Shown here: piece after piece, positions 13,801-25,895 of the stretch
Layout: each line of letters starts with the position of its first letter
Numbering within the stretch: the stretch's first letter is position 1
From: Lingula anatina
Taxonomy: Eukaryota; Animalia; Brachiopoda
Assembly (NCBI GenBank): GCA_051362555.1
Contig: CM120644.1
Location: forward strand, 6,766,954 to 6,830,953
Direction: 5' to 3'
DNA: 64,000 nt
The notes under the pieces: model-generated
What the model was told of the DNA's origin: nothing
Database searches by the model: none
What the model saw: the letters and a program-made list of their open reading frames with translations, nothing else
Translations under genes and position numbers: made by a program

Positions 13801-14784
13801 TCAGTGGCCCCGGCCAGCAGGCCAGCTTAAATGTTGAGCCGTACAATATTCTAGCAATGAAATGCATCAGTGGCAATAAACTATGTTTTTTCTCAATAGA
13901 AAATATGTATATATAATCAGGAAACATAGGGTGCATTAGGGGATCGCATTCATATCAATTAAATCATTTAACATGAAAAATTCCCCACTGTGAGACAATG
14001 TAGCACAAAATAATGCAGACAATAACAACAATATAATGCATTAAATTATCACATGAATAACATAACAACAAATAACATATGAGAGAGAGACTGAGAACAA
14101 ACGTCATGATAACAGTCAATGTAAAGTTATCTTATCCCTATCAGCCCACTTGCTGTGGGGTATTGGAAACCAAGAAGCATTTCCATGTTATAACAATTCA
14201 GGTCCCCTGCCAAATGAATCCATCTGGCATAATAAATTGTTTGATTTTACATTATCTCGTTGTATGCCCCTAGTGGCTATCAGCGAGTTTTACTTGCATT
14301 TAAGGTTACAAGGCCTGGCAGTGGAAATGACAAAGGAAATGCAAATTGATTTCATAGGAGATAAAAGATAACAGACTATTAGTGAAATAGTAGTTATCTT
14401 ATTTTGAATTATTCCGTTTTGCTAGAAGGACCTTTGCAGTCTGCCATTCCTTACAATACAATACAAAACAATGAATGAGTGTCAGTGTAATCTTTATTAT
14501 GTGAACAAACATTTTGCATAAATAAACACTTCTTAAATTTTCATTCCTGTTGGTTTTAAAATCTTATCAATCATGTATCTGTCATTTATTATTTTATTTT
14601 ATTTTATTTATTTATTTATTATTATTATTATTATTTATTTTTATTATTTTTTTTTTTTTTCAGATTTTTTGGGCAAGAAACTAGAGCGTGAAGTAGCCCG
14701 GCTGCCAGTGCCTGTCCATGTGGAGAGGATGGGGAAGAGAAGTGGACTGATCCGGGCCAGGTTAAAAGGTGAAACAGCTGGATA

Positions 14785-14851
<67 letters not shown>

Positions 14852-17800
14852 CAGAGAATTTAGACTTATTAAAGCCCCCCCTCCCCCTTGAAGGCTAATA
14901 AAATGTTGAAAAAAAAAGAATAAAATATGTCACAATTGAAAGAGTAAGCTTGACAGTATTTTTTTCATTGTCATGAAACTTAACATGTTACACTGACATC
15001 GTGAACTTCTAAAACATTTCAGTTGACTTTTAGACATACTGCTGTATGCCAGTCCCATAATGGTTTGACATGTACGCTTTGGGGTTGAAAGTAATTTGAA
15101 TTTCATGATGATGATGACGTTCTTATTCCATTTTGATTTTATGACTTTTCTTTTGTCTTTTATATTCATGTTTATGTTTCCTGTAACAAGAGGTGACATT
15201 TTTGTCTTGGAAAGTTTGCTTCTTAAAGATCTGCTTTTTCAGTATGTCTGGTGAAATTTGAAAATGTCATTTGTGATCAGTCAAACACTGTCTTCTGAGC
15301 CATTTTCACCTTTAGAAAAATACGTAATCCTATCAGTGTATTTTTTATGTGAATAGCCTTTGTTTCCAAGTTTGACAAAACAAGTTATTTTAAGAGGGAA
15401 CAGTATTATGAAATAGAAGAGTTTCATTTTCAGTGAGGTAATGTAGCACCCAGCCCTAGGTGTCCTTTATTCTATTGCTTTGTACACAATAGGGTGTTAT
15501 GGAATGTTGTTAATCATGTTTGTGGTACATGTGTCACATAGCCTCAGACATTCAGTTGGCTCTGATACTAGTAAGCCGGAGCCTTCTTTTTAACCTTTTT
15601 TACTTGCAGATCGGCTAAGAAGGCTGTTTATTTTATTTTATTTTTATTTATTTATTTATTTTGCTATATTGAAATTTCTTTTATAATTTTTATTAGGTCA
15701 GAAACTCATGTTAATTTTAACCTAGCTGTAAGTAACATTATTTTGACAATTTTCATTCAGACAACAAACAAAAAGTTTAAAAAAATAACCTGTCCCTTTT
15801 TTTTTTCACTTCCCTAAATTTAACACTTTGGATTTTGGCAATTTATTTCCAGACATAAAATGACACTGAATATGTTACTCTCCAAATTTTTAATTTAATT
15901 AATTAATTAATTTATTTCTATTTTTTTATTTTAAACTTATTTATTTATTTATTTTTATTTATTTATTTTTATTTTTTGCCAAAAAAGGCCACTTTCTAAC
16001 GCTTCAGTTTTGCCTTTCTTTTCCAATTCAGATTGAACATTACGCACTGTCTGGATACGTTATAAAAATCCATAATATGATTACAGTAAAACAATAATGA
16101 TGATAGAATCGATGAAAATACAATCAGGATAAATTATATTCGTTACTTATTCGTCCATAATCAGATTTTGTTTCTGTTGGTGTCAGAGGGTCTGTTTAGT
16201 ACTCAGCCAGTGAAATGTTTGGATCTGCATTAGAATCATGATCATAGCTTTGAACAATTCTTCATATCATTGCGAAACAGTTCAAATAAAAAGAATATAT
16301 ATAACAGTTGAGCTGGCTTGGTCTAAATATTGACAAGAACATTTATATGCTTATGATAAGATACTATTAGTTGAACTTTTGGTTGTGAGGGCTACAGTTA
16401 AATGGAAAGGGGGCCACTTAATCTTTAAGCCAGTCCTTTGATGTTGTTGTTACATGCACTATTGATAAAAATCATTTCCTATGCAGTCTATATTTTGTTG
16501 AAGTCATGAGATGGAGGTATTATACCACGTTTATTTTTTTCCACAACTATCTATAAAAGTACCAGTATTAATGGCACCACCATTGTTTTTCAGTTTTACT
16601 TTACCTGACCTGCTTTGAATTTTGGCTTTCATTTTCTTTGTAAAATAGGTGTTTTTTTCTCCACTATTACATCACTTATTTCCATTATTATTACACATAA
16701 TTCTCTCTTAATTCAATCAAAGAAAAATGATTGCCTAATGAATACATCATGATTCAGAGAATACTGTAATACTTTGTGATTTATAGCACTGAAATACTAT
16801 GTGTATGTATATGTAGGATACGTGGATGTGCCATAAACCTTGCTTTCAAGTCGTGTATTTGAGTTTTTTTCTTCTGATCAGCAAATATCATTAAAGAAGG
16901 GCCCGGGTTCACATTTATATGGGACATGTATATCTGGAACTTTGGCTCTAGATATTTGTCACGCTTTAATTTAGAACAGCTCAGGTTTATTTAGGGTTTG
17001 ATACCAATGTTAAGAGAACTTTTTTCTTAACAACATCCAGGGCCACTTCAATCACATATTTCACAAAAACCTTCAGGAATGGGTTTTTCATGATGCCGAT
17101 CAGTTAATATCGGCAGTAGAACAAATAGCACTCATCAACTTTATTAGGGTTTGCAAGGTTAAGTGATAAACTCCTTGTTCTAGGTACCATTAGGCAAGAG
17201 GGACTTGATTTTACAGGAACCGTTTATGTTGTAAAAGTAGATTCCAAGCGGCATCAAATACTGGCATTTTCAAATGTCGCGATTGCATCACGCAAGACTA
17301 GAGTCTTTGTCCTTCAGGCTGTTCCCTATGTTTGAATCTAGTCATATACCTGTCAAAGATGCTATTTCGCATGCTGTTCCACAATTGAGAATAGAATATG
17401 ATATCTCATCAACAAGACTCTTTTTAGGTGATATTTCTCTTTCAGATAATAAGTCTTGTGTGCTGCTAAAACCAATTTCTGAGAGCACAGCCATTTGCCA
17501 TTTAAGAAGCCAGAATTGGATCCCATTTCACAGTAATGTGATTACCCAATAGATTTGTTGAGTTTCAGACTGTGTTATCTAATTAGGGAGAGTTCTGCAG
17601 AATTGCTCCTGCAGATAGAGGGCAGCACTGGTTGGTGGTTATCTTTCTTTTAGCTTCAGTTCCTAAATTCATGTTGTTATTTAACGAAGAAAAGTAACTT
17701 TACAGATCATCAGTCAAAAAAATTAAGATCAGTGTTTTAGATTGTAGGTATGGGCTTGTAACTGCCAAATAGAATTTATACTTACATTTTTAGTATAGGA

Positions 17801-20800
17801 GTTTGCATAGCGTTTTTCTAGATTTATCCCTCCTTCTTTCTTTCTTTCTTTATTCCTTTCTTTCTTTCTTTATTTTAACAAATTTCAATCAGTACATAGC
17901 ATTAGGATTCCCAGAGAGAGCAAGTGAGAAAGAGAGAGAGAGAAGTAAAGTAGCACTGACTTGTCATAATTCAATTTTTCACAATAGGCTTTGGCAATTT
18001 GCCCATCACTATAATAAAGTGAAAATTATCATGGCTTGTCTATCCTTCTTATTGTTCAAGGAGATATCTAATAACTAAAAAAAATCGTATTATTAGAATT
18101 TAGATGGCTTCTAAACTGAGGTATGTGTTCTCAAGAGATTATGGGAATCTTAGGTAGTCATCTGTGGAGGTCACGAGGTCCTATGACAAGCAGAGATTCC
18201 AGAATAATTGCGATATTCACCATTTTGGTGGTAAAAAAGAATGTGTTATGTTTCTGTAAGTTGTTTACAGTGCATTTATTGTGAAATATGATTCTGATTC
18301 AAAGAGTTTTTATCCGTTTAAAATGTCTCTAATGTTATTTGTTAATCTCAGGTGCTGGGAGAGCCAAGGGGAAGGTCATTACATTCTTGGATGCACATTG
18401 CGAATGCACGACTGGATGGTTAGAGCCCATGTTATATGAAATCTATAAAGACAAGTAAGTTGCTATGTTGAGGCTTTGAAACCAATAGAAACTGGTGCAC
18501 AGCAATTTCACAGAACTGGGAGAATTTTACTGGTTGTATCTAAGCAGTTTCTTCTTGTTCTTGATCATCATTCTTTTATTTTTTATTATTTTTTTTTATT
18601 TATTTATTTATTTTTTTGTGGCATTACCATTTTCAACACTTTTTTAGGGAGTGTGCATCCTCCATTATGACTTATAATATTTATAATTGTATAATTCAGC
18701 CTATGTAATTATATAATACTTGTCAGTGGTTGACCAAAAATTAAAATGTTCATGTCTTTATATCTGAAATATCTCTAAATGTTTTGTGTGGTATCAGAAA
18801 GTGCTGAGTTTTCAACTTAATCTATCTATATAATACAGTCCACTTTTTTATGAATTTGAAAAAAAAGTGAAATGCTTATTTATTTATTTATTTATTTATT
18901 TATTCCAGGAAGACGGTGGTCTGTCCCATTATAGATGTGATAAGTGATGAGACATTTGAGTACATCACAGGCTCAGACATGACATGGGGAGGGTTTAACT
19001 GGAAGCTGAACTTTCGGTGGTACCCTGTACCCCAGAGAGAACTGGAGAGGAGAGGGGGAGACAGGACTATACCTACACGGTACTCTAAGGGACCATTCAG
19101 AATGGATTTTGTCCGCCTAGCTAGAGCAAAATTCATTGTGAACAGTCTCCATGGCCCTTTTTACATTGTGTGTAATGCACTATTTTGAGAGAATGACAAG
19201 TTTTTGAATGGTTCAAACGGTTGGAAGTGAACTTGTAAAAGGGATGAAACTAGATATTTTACCAACACTGTTCCCTGAGAAAGTAATATTCATGTTTTAT
19301 AACACTTGATCCCCTGAAATATTGTAACTTTGTCTTTACAGACACCTATATTTTTGGGGACAAATTGCTCTCGTTTTAGCTGTCTTTTTAAAGAGAGCAT
19401 ATTTATATAATGTGGAATTTTATGTTGAATTTCTCAGGTCTCCCACCATGGCAGGAGGACTATTTGCGATTGACAGGCAGTACTTCTACGACATTGGTTC
19501 ATATGACAATGGTATGGACATTTGGGGAGGAGAAAACTTGGAAATGTCATTCAGAGTGAGTATATGGGTGGGGTTTTAAAGGAAGAGAGGCTGGGAGACC
19601 TTGATAGACATGCCTTCAGAGTTAGCATATTGGTAAAGTCAGTAATGATTGGTTGAAACAGATATGACTAGGCGTGGCATGAGCCTTGAGTTACAGAAAG
19701 TGCAGGGAGTGGGCGTGGTTACCTTTAACTTGTGGGATAACATGTGGATCAGTTCAAATATTTAGTCTGTTTTAATATGAACTATTTCAATTAATTATAT
19801 TTTGTTTATCATCATATTATTATATTATACAAGGTAGAAATAAAGTTAATGAAGAAAGATATCAATGTTTTTCACCATACAGGTGATATATGTTTGCACA
19901 ATTGTTTATAATTCATAATTAGACCACTAACATTTTTGACTATATAACAATATGCCTAAAAGCAAATATTAATTCGTTTATGGTTTTAAGTTAACAATTT
20001 TACTAATTCACCTTCTGAACTAACTCCATTCTTATAACTGTCGCAGATTGCACAAAATACTGTATAACACTTGCAGTCATCTTTGTTTGAAAATTTAAAT
20101 TTTTAATGGCCAAGCCATGTCCACCTGTTTTATAAATTTAAAAAAAAAACAAAAGTTACCTTATCAAATTACCCAATTTTTTCATCCTCGCTCTTTCTTC
20201 TCTCTCCCCCTTCCATCTGCTGTGTTAGATTTGGATGTGTGGTGGAACTCTACTAATAGTCACGTGTTCGCATGTTGGGCACGTGTTTCGCAAAGCAACG
20301 CCCTATACTTTCCCTGGTGGCACGGGTCATATCATTAACCATAACAATGCCAGGTTAATAGAGGTCTGGATGGATAACTGGAAGGATTTTTATTTTAAGA
20401 TTAATCCAGGTAGTTTGCTGTCCTTGGAATGCTACAAATTCTGTCTTTTTGTAAAGGAGGAAATCCATTTGGTTAATTGTTGAGGGTAAAAAATTTATTT
20501 TTTGCATTGTGATGGGATAAAATTGAATAAGTTGGAGTAAATTTTATTCACGATTTTTGAAAAATAGAATTGAATAAGAATGGATTTTCCCTTTTGAAGA
20601 TTGACAGACAGTGTTAACAGTGACAGCACGTTTGTATAATTGGTAGCACTAGCTCATCTCTGTTGCATGAGTCATAATAATGTGATTCTCCCTCCATCTC
20701 ACCATCTCAAATTATCTGAAAGAGCATTGAGACACACTGAAAAAAGCCAGACATAAGGTCTAAATGAAGCTACCAGACAAGTAAATTGAATGACTTAATT

Positions 20801-23487
20801 AGTGTAAGTCGGTTTTAACTGGAAGATGGAGGATTTAGATCATCAAAATTAAATTAATTTCCGTAATTCCTCTGAATTAATGAGATCATCTAGAGACATG
20901 ATAGTCTGAGTTGAGTTTGTCTGAATGCTACTTTATATGGGTAGTTGAGATTGTGAATGTTCTTACAATGCAAGGGATGGTAAGAGGCCTTTTGGGACAA
21001 AGAACACCTTGATAGTTAGCTGACACGGCGTCAACAAGGTTTATGTGAAGTGCACATATACAAAGCAGGGGTGAATCCAGAGATATTTTTTGCCAGTCTT
21101 TCAAATTATCATGGTAGATCCATTCTCCACTTTTGAACGACTTCTGACAGAAAAAATAACATGCCTGTCAGTGTAAACTTGAAAATCTGACAGTCTTCTG
21201 GAAGACCCAGAAGACGGCCTTAATCTGCCCCTGCAAAGTACATTAGGATGCCTTACTCACAGGCCTTCCTGACTGCCAGTGTATTTGACTTGTATTATGA
21301 CAGGTACCAATCAAAACAAGAGACCCAGACATGGTGTAACTCCCAAGCTACATGACATTCATTCATGCAAAGTTCACAATGTCTGGGTCTTTTCTTTTTC
21401 AACATCCCCCATGGTTTAAAAACATAGACGCCTGATACTGGTGGTGCCATCTGATGGTAAATAACAGACACATTTTGTCTGAAGGTTATCCATCGTGTCA
21501 ACAACTATCAAGATGAGTTTTTGTTCTGATGGGGCTCAAGAAATCCCTTATTTAGAAGTACTTTAAAGTATTTCCTGTATTATAATGTCTAAATCATGAA
21601 GCATGGCTGCATGCATGTGGTTTGTGCTTTACACTTACATGTCATTTGATTGGCTAATTTGGAGCATGTGATCAGGCATGTCGCCACTTGGCAATTTTTT
21701 TCAACAAAGATTTTATATTAATATGCATGAATCTTCTTTGCAGGTATGACCGGCTAATTTATAGCGCTTTGGCTTTTTTTTTTAGCCATCCCTTTCTACT
21801 TTGATATATCATTGTATCCTCTATATGTTGTCAAGCCTATATTTCACTGCCTCTTTGTTTCCTTTGATGTTGTTTTTAGGTCTGGATGTGTGGGGGGCAA
21901 ATCGTTATAGCCACGTGCTCCCGCGTAGGGCATGTGTTTCGTAAAGTATCCCCGTACTCGTGGCCAGGTGGAGTGGTGAAGATTTTAAACCACAATGCAA
22001 TGAGAACTGTGGAAGTTTGGTTGGATGACTATAAAGATTTCTTTTATAAGATAAACCCAGGTTGGTTGTGTGTATTATAAGAAGTAAAGGCTACTGAATA
22101 TTTGATGATCTAAAAATTAAGTCTCTCACTCTCTCTCTCTCTCTCTCTCTAATGTGTTATTTGTTGTTATAAGTTATTCATGTGATAAAATGCATTACTC
22201 TGTTGTAATGTGCTACAGTGTCTCACAGTGGGGAATTTTTTTCATGTTAAATGATTTAATTAATATGAATGCTTTTCCTTTATGCAACCAATGTTTGCTG
22301 ATTATTATTCATTTATATATTTATATTTTTATTGAGAAAAACCATTGTTTATGACCACTGATGCATTTTATTGCTAGAATAATTTATAGTTCATATGCAT
22401 TCCATGTGTAATTGTCTTGTTAGCCATGTGTTTTCTCTGGTTGTGAATTTTTGATTGTCAGAATTTTTTGTGATTGTAGAAGCATGTTCAGAAATATTGT
22501 TTAAATATTATTCAATGTTTTTTCTGTGTTTCGTTTTAATTTGTTTATTTTACTGCACAACATCAATGCTTGCTTTTGTAAAGTCACAGACCTTTAATAT
22601 AATGCTAACATGTTTTGATTAGTTTCAACTTAAATTTTAAATTGATGTAGGCTGTTTGACTCTGTGGTTACATGATTTTCAAGGTAAAGGTCTTTATCAA
22701 GTACAAAATCTTTGTTGCTGATTTGACTTTTTTATTCAGAACATAACATATTGAAAAAAATGTTCTTATCATTGGAGTGAAAGAATTGTTTATTTTAAGT
22801 GTCATTGGTGTTCAGGAGAATAAGATTGTTGGGTGACACTTGTGAAGAATTTTTGTTGTAATTTGTTGATAAATGTTGGTGTTTGAAGGTCAGTGTGAAT
22901 CGGAAAGATGCATATTATTGCTTCATATTGTAGGTGTAAAAAATACAGATGTTGGAGACGTGACAGAGAGAAAACAATTAAGAGAAAGATTAAAATGCAA
23001 GAGTTTTAGATGGTATCTAGAACATATATACCCAGAGTCCCAGATGCCTTTGGATTATTACTCTTTAGGAGAGGTAAGTGGATGTTATTGTATGTTCTTC
23101 TATTTTGAAATGTATCTTTTGTATTTAGGATCCCATATGCTAGGCTGTACATGCTCACACTTGCCCATACACACCCCCCCCACCCCCCCCCCCCCACCCC
23201 CACACACACACACACATGCATGAAAACAATGTAGCGCCCCATGGACACCATCGGTCAATGTGGATTGACCCAATTCATCAGAGACTCTGAATGACTGCAA
23301 TTTGTTTAACTGAATGACAAGCTGCCTCCTGGCATTAAGTAGAATACAAAAAGCTGATGATTATACCAATATGTTGGAAAGAAGAGGAGGCTGATTGCAC
23401 TAAGTGAGAGTCCCGGCAGGATTGGGTGGATCTACATAGACCATTGGTGTGTATGGAAATGGCATCTAAATTTCACCACGTATACTG

Positions 23488-23519
<32 letters not shown>

Positions 23520-25840
23520 AATTATCTTCATCTCATTTGTTCTAGATAAGAAATAAGCAAACAGGCCAATGTATAGACACCATGGGGCGCAAGGCTGGAG
23601 AGAAGGTGGGGGTGGTATCTTGTCATGGCATGGGAGGAAATCAGGTAATCACAAATATATGTCTTCATAAAGTACATACTCAGTTGGCCGTCTTAAATTT
23701 GTCAGCCATTTTGAATTTTCTAAAATAAAGTATTGCAGGTATTTTGTATTATTATTTTTATTTTCAATACGTAATTTACAATATATATTTTTTAAGTGAA
23801 AACTTATTTGATTTCAAATTGTTATTGTTAATGTGCATGCACCATTCCATTGGTAAAATTATTAGATTTTGGATGAACAGTTCACATTTTTTAAATTCCA
23901 AATGAATTTATTAGAACAACCATTTTATTGTAGTATCTCAGTGCTTTATATTTCCTAGTTATCCTTTTAATGTAAAATTATCAATGTGTTATGTCAATTT
24001 TGTTTTAATGTCTTCTTCAGGCATAATTGTATAGTGATTAGGCTGTTAATGTTTTACATTTTTGTGTGCTTAAAATGCAGCAATCTCTGCTTATCTTGTC
24101 ATTACATTTCTCAAATTGTAACAAATATATAATCTCACAGAAGTCAGATGGGATGGATTTTTATCATATTAGCTGAAAGGCATGTGAACATTGTCTTAAA
24201 TTTTAACATAACTGAAGAAGTTTCCTGGTCCCAAAATATCTTAGTTATGCAGAGTCTGTTGCATTTTTTTTCTTCCAGTAAGTATATATTCTTTTTATGA
24301 TAATAGCAGTTACTATTATGTTTCACTGTTCATTTTTTTTACTGATAGTTATAAAAAAAAAAACTTTTTGACAAAATAAAACCAATTCATTTTAACTTTC
24401 AGATAAATCTTTTTCATATAATATGACCATAGTACTGTATTGAATAATTGTTTAACTTTTTTCATTTAATCATTGTTTATTGATTTGCCCAGTATTACAT
24501 TAATAAAAGTCCTTGCTTCCTAAAATGTTCTGCTCAATTTCTATAAATCAAACAAATTGTGAAGTCCAACAAATTTCAACAATTATAAGTAGGGCCTACT
24601 GTCATCTCACCCTTTTTGTTCTATTATATCAAGTTTTTGAATTATTTATAATAATAATTAACAATATTATTAATCCAATATTGGAATCTGAGTCTCTAAA
24701 TATTCTATTTTTGTTGTGTAGTTTTCTGGGGCTTGCACCCTCCCTCCTAATTGCCAAATTATCCTTGCTTCATCTCTCTAGTACACCCTGTTGATTTATC
24801 CCACAATCTCTGTATTGTTAGGTATCCCCTGGTGATGGTGTTTTTACCCATAGAACTCATGCTTTCTCTCTTGCAGATATTTTCATTCACAAAGAAGAAG
24901 GCATTACAAATGGACGACCTCTGTCTGGATGTGTCCGCCATCAACGGTCCCGTCAAACTATTTTCATGCCACGGAATGGGTGGAAACCAACTCTGGGAAT
25001 ATAACAAGGAGGTATACTTATGTATATATTCGGGTGGGAATAAAAACCCCACCGAGATCCCACCGTGCCACCAGAGTTGCTCTCTTTTCTTCCTCCAGGC
25101 ATGGAAACCGTTGTGTAGCTGGCTGCCTCTCTCACATAGGCACGGGGGACCAACCTCACTGCACCTCTTTAGTAGCATTTCCGTTTCCTGATTGTCTTTT
25201 TCCGTTTCTCTTGGTCTTCTAGGTGTTCTCTTATACCAGAAAAGAAGAAATTATGACGGATGGGCTTTGTCTAGAGCCCTTCCGTATGGGACTGCATTAC
25301 GACATTAAGATGCTGAATTGTAACGGACATGGTGGTGCACAACGTTGGAAGTATGATAGAGAGGTATTGAACTAGGAGAAGGGCTACAGGTTTCATTATT
25401 ATAGTTCACTAGAAGAGGGTGTGATTATGAGAAAATTAAGACCTATGGCAAGCACTGAAATAAATAGCGCCCCTGTATTAACATCGGTCATCTTAAAAAA
25501 AGTTCAGAAAAGCTTGTCAGTGGTGCCCTCTATACATGGCACCCAGAACATGGGTGCCTTACCTGCCATAGTCTAGATATGCTACTCAATAGTAGGCTGC
25601 TGGGAATTTTTCTCTATCATATATCATACTATGCCATATCATAGATATTTGGTGAAGGATAACAAGGCTTCAGAATTATATTTCTGGTTGGTGGCCAACA
25701 TTAAAAGGTTTATGTTGAAAGGTTTGGGGGTTAAATAGAATTATCCTGGGTATAAGGTATAAGGGTTGTACACTATTTTCATTAACCTACAGCGTGAAGG
25801 AAGAAGACTTAGTTGGATAAGGTTTAGCGACCAAAAGGTT

Positions 25841-25895
<55 letters not shown>

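Noticed and set aside
16800-17600. Complex-looking intronic stretch with a 92-aa ORF (17274-17552), a possible nested gene
   Set aside because: No frame I translated gave a recognisable protein; multiple stops on the minus strand.
19607-21682. GACATGCCT (19607-19615) complementary to AGGCATGTC (21674-21682), a possible docking/selector pair for exon 8B
   Set aside because: Only 9 bp, does not extend, and expected by chance over ~2 kb. Covariation evidence would be needed.
24759-25178. Antisense and alternate-frame ORFs over exon 11A
   Set aside because: Shadow ORFs of a real exon plus a GC-rich intron.
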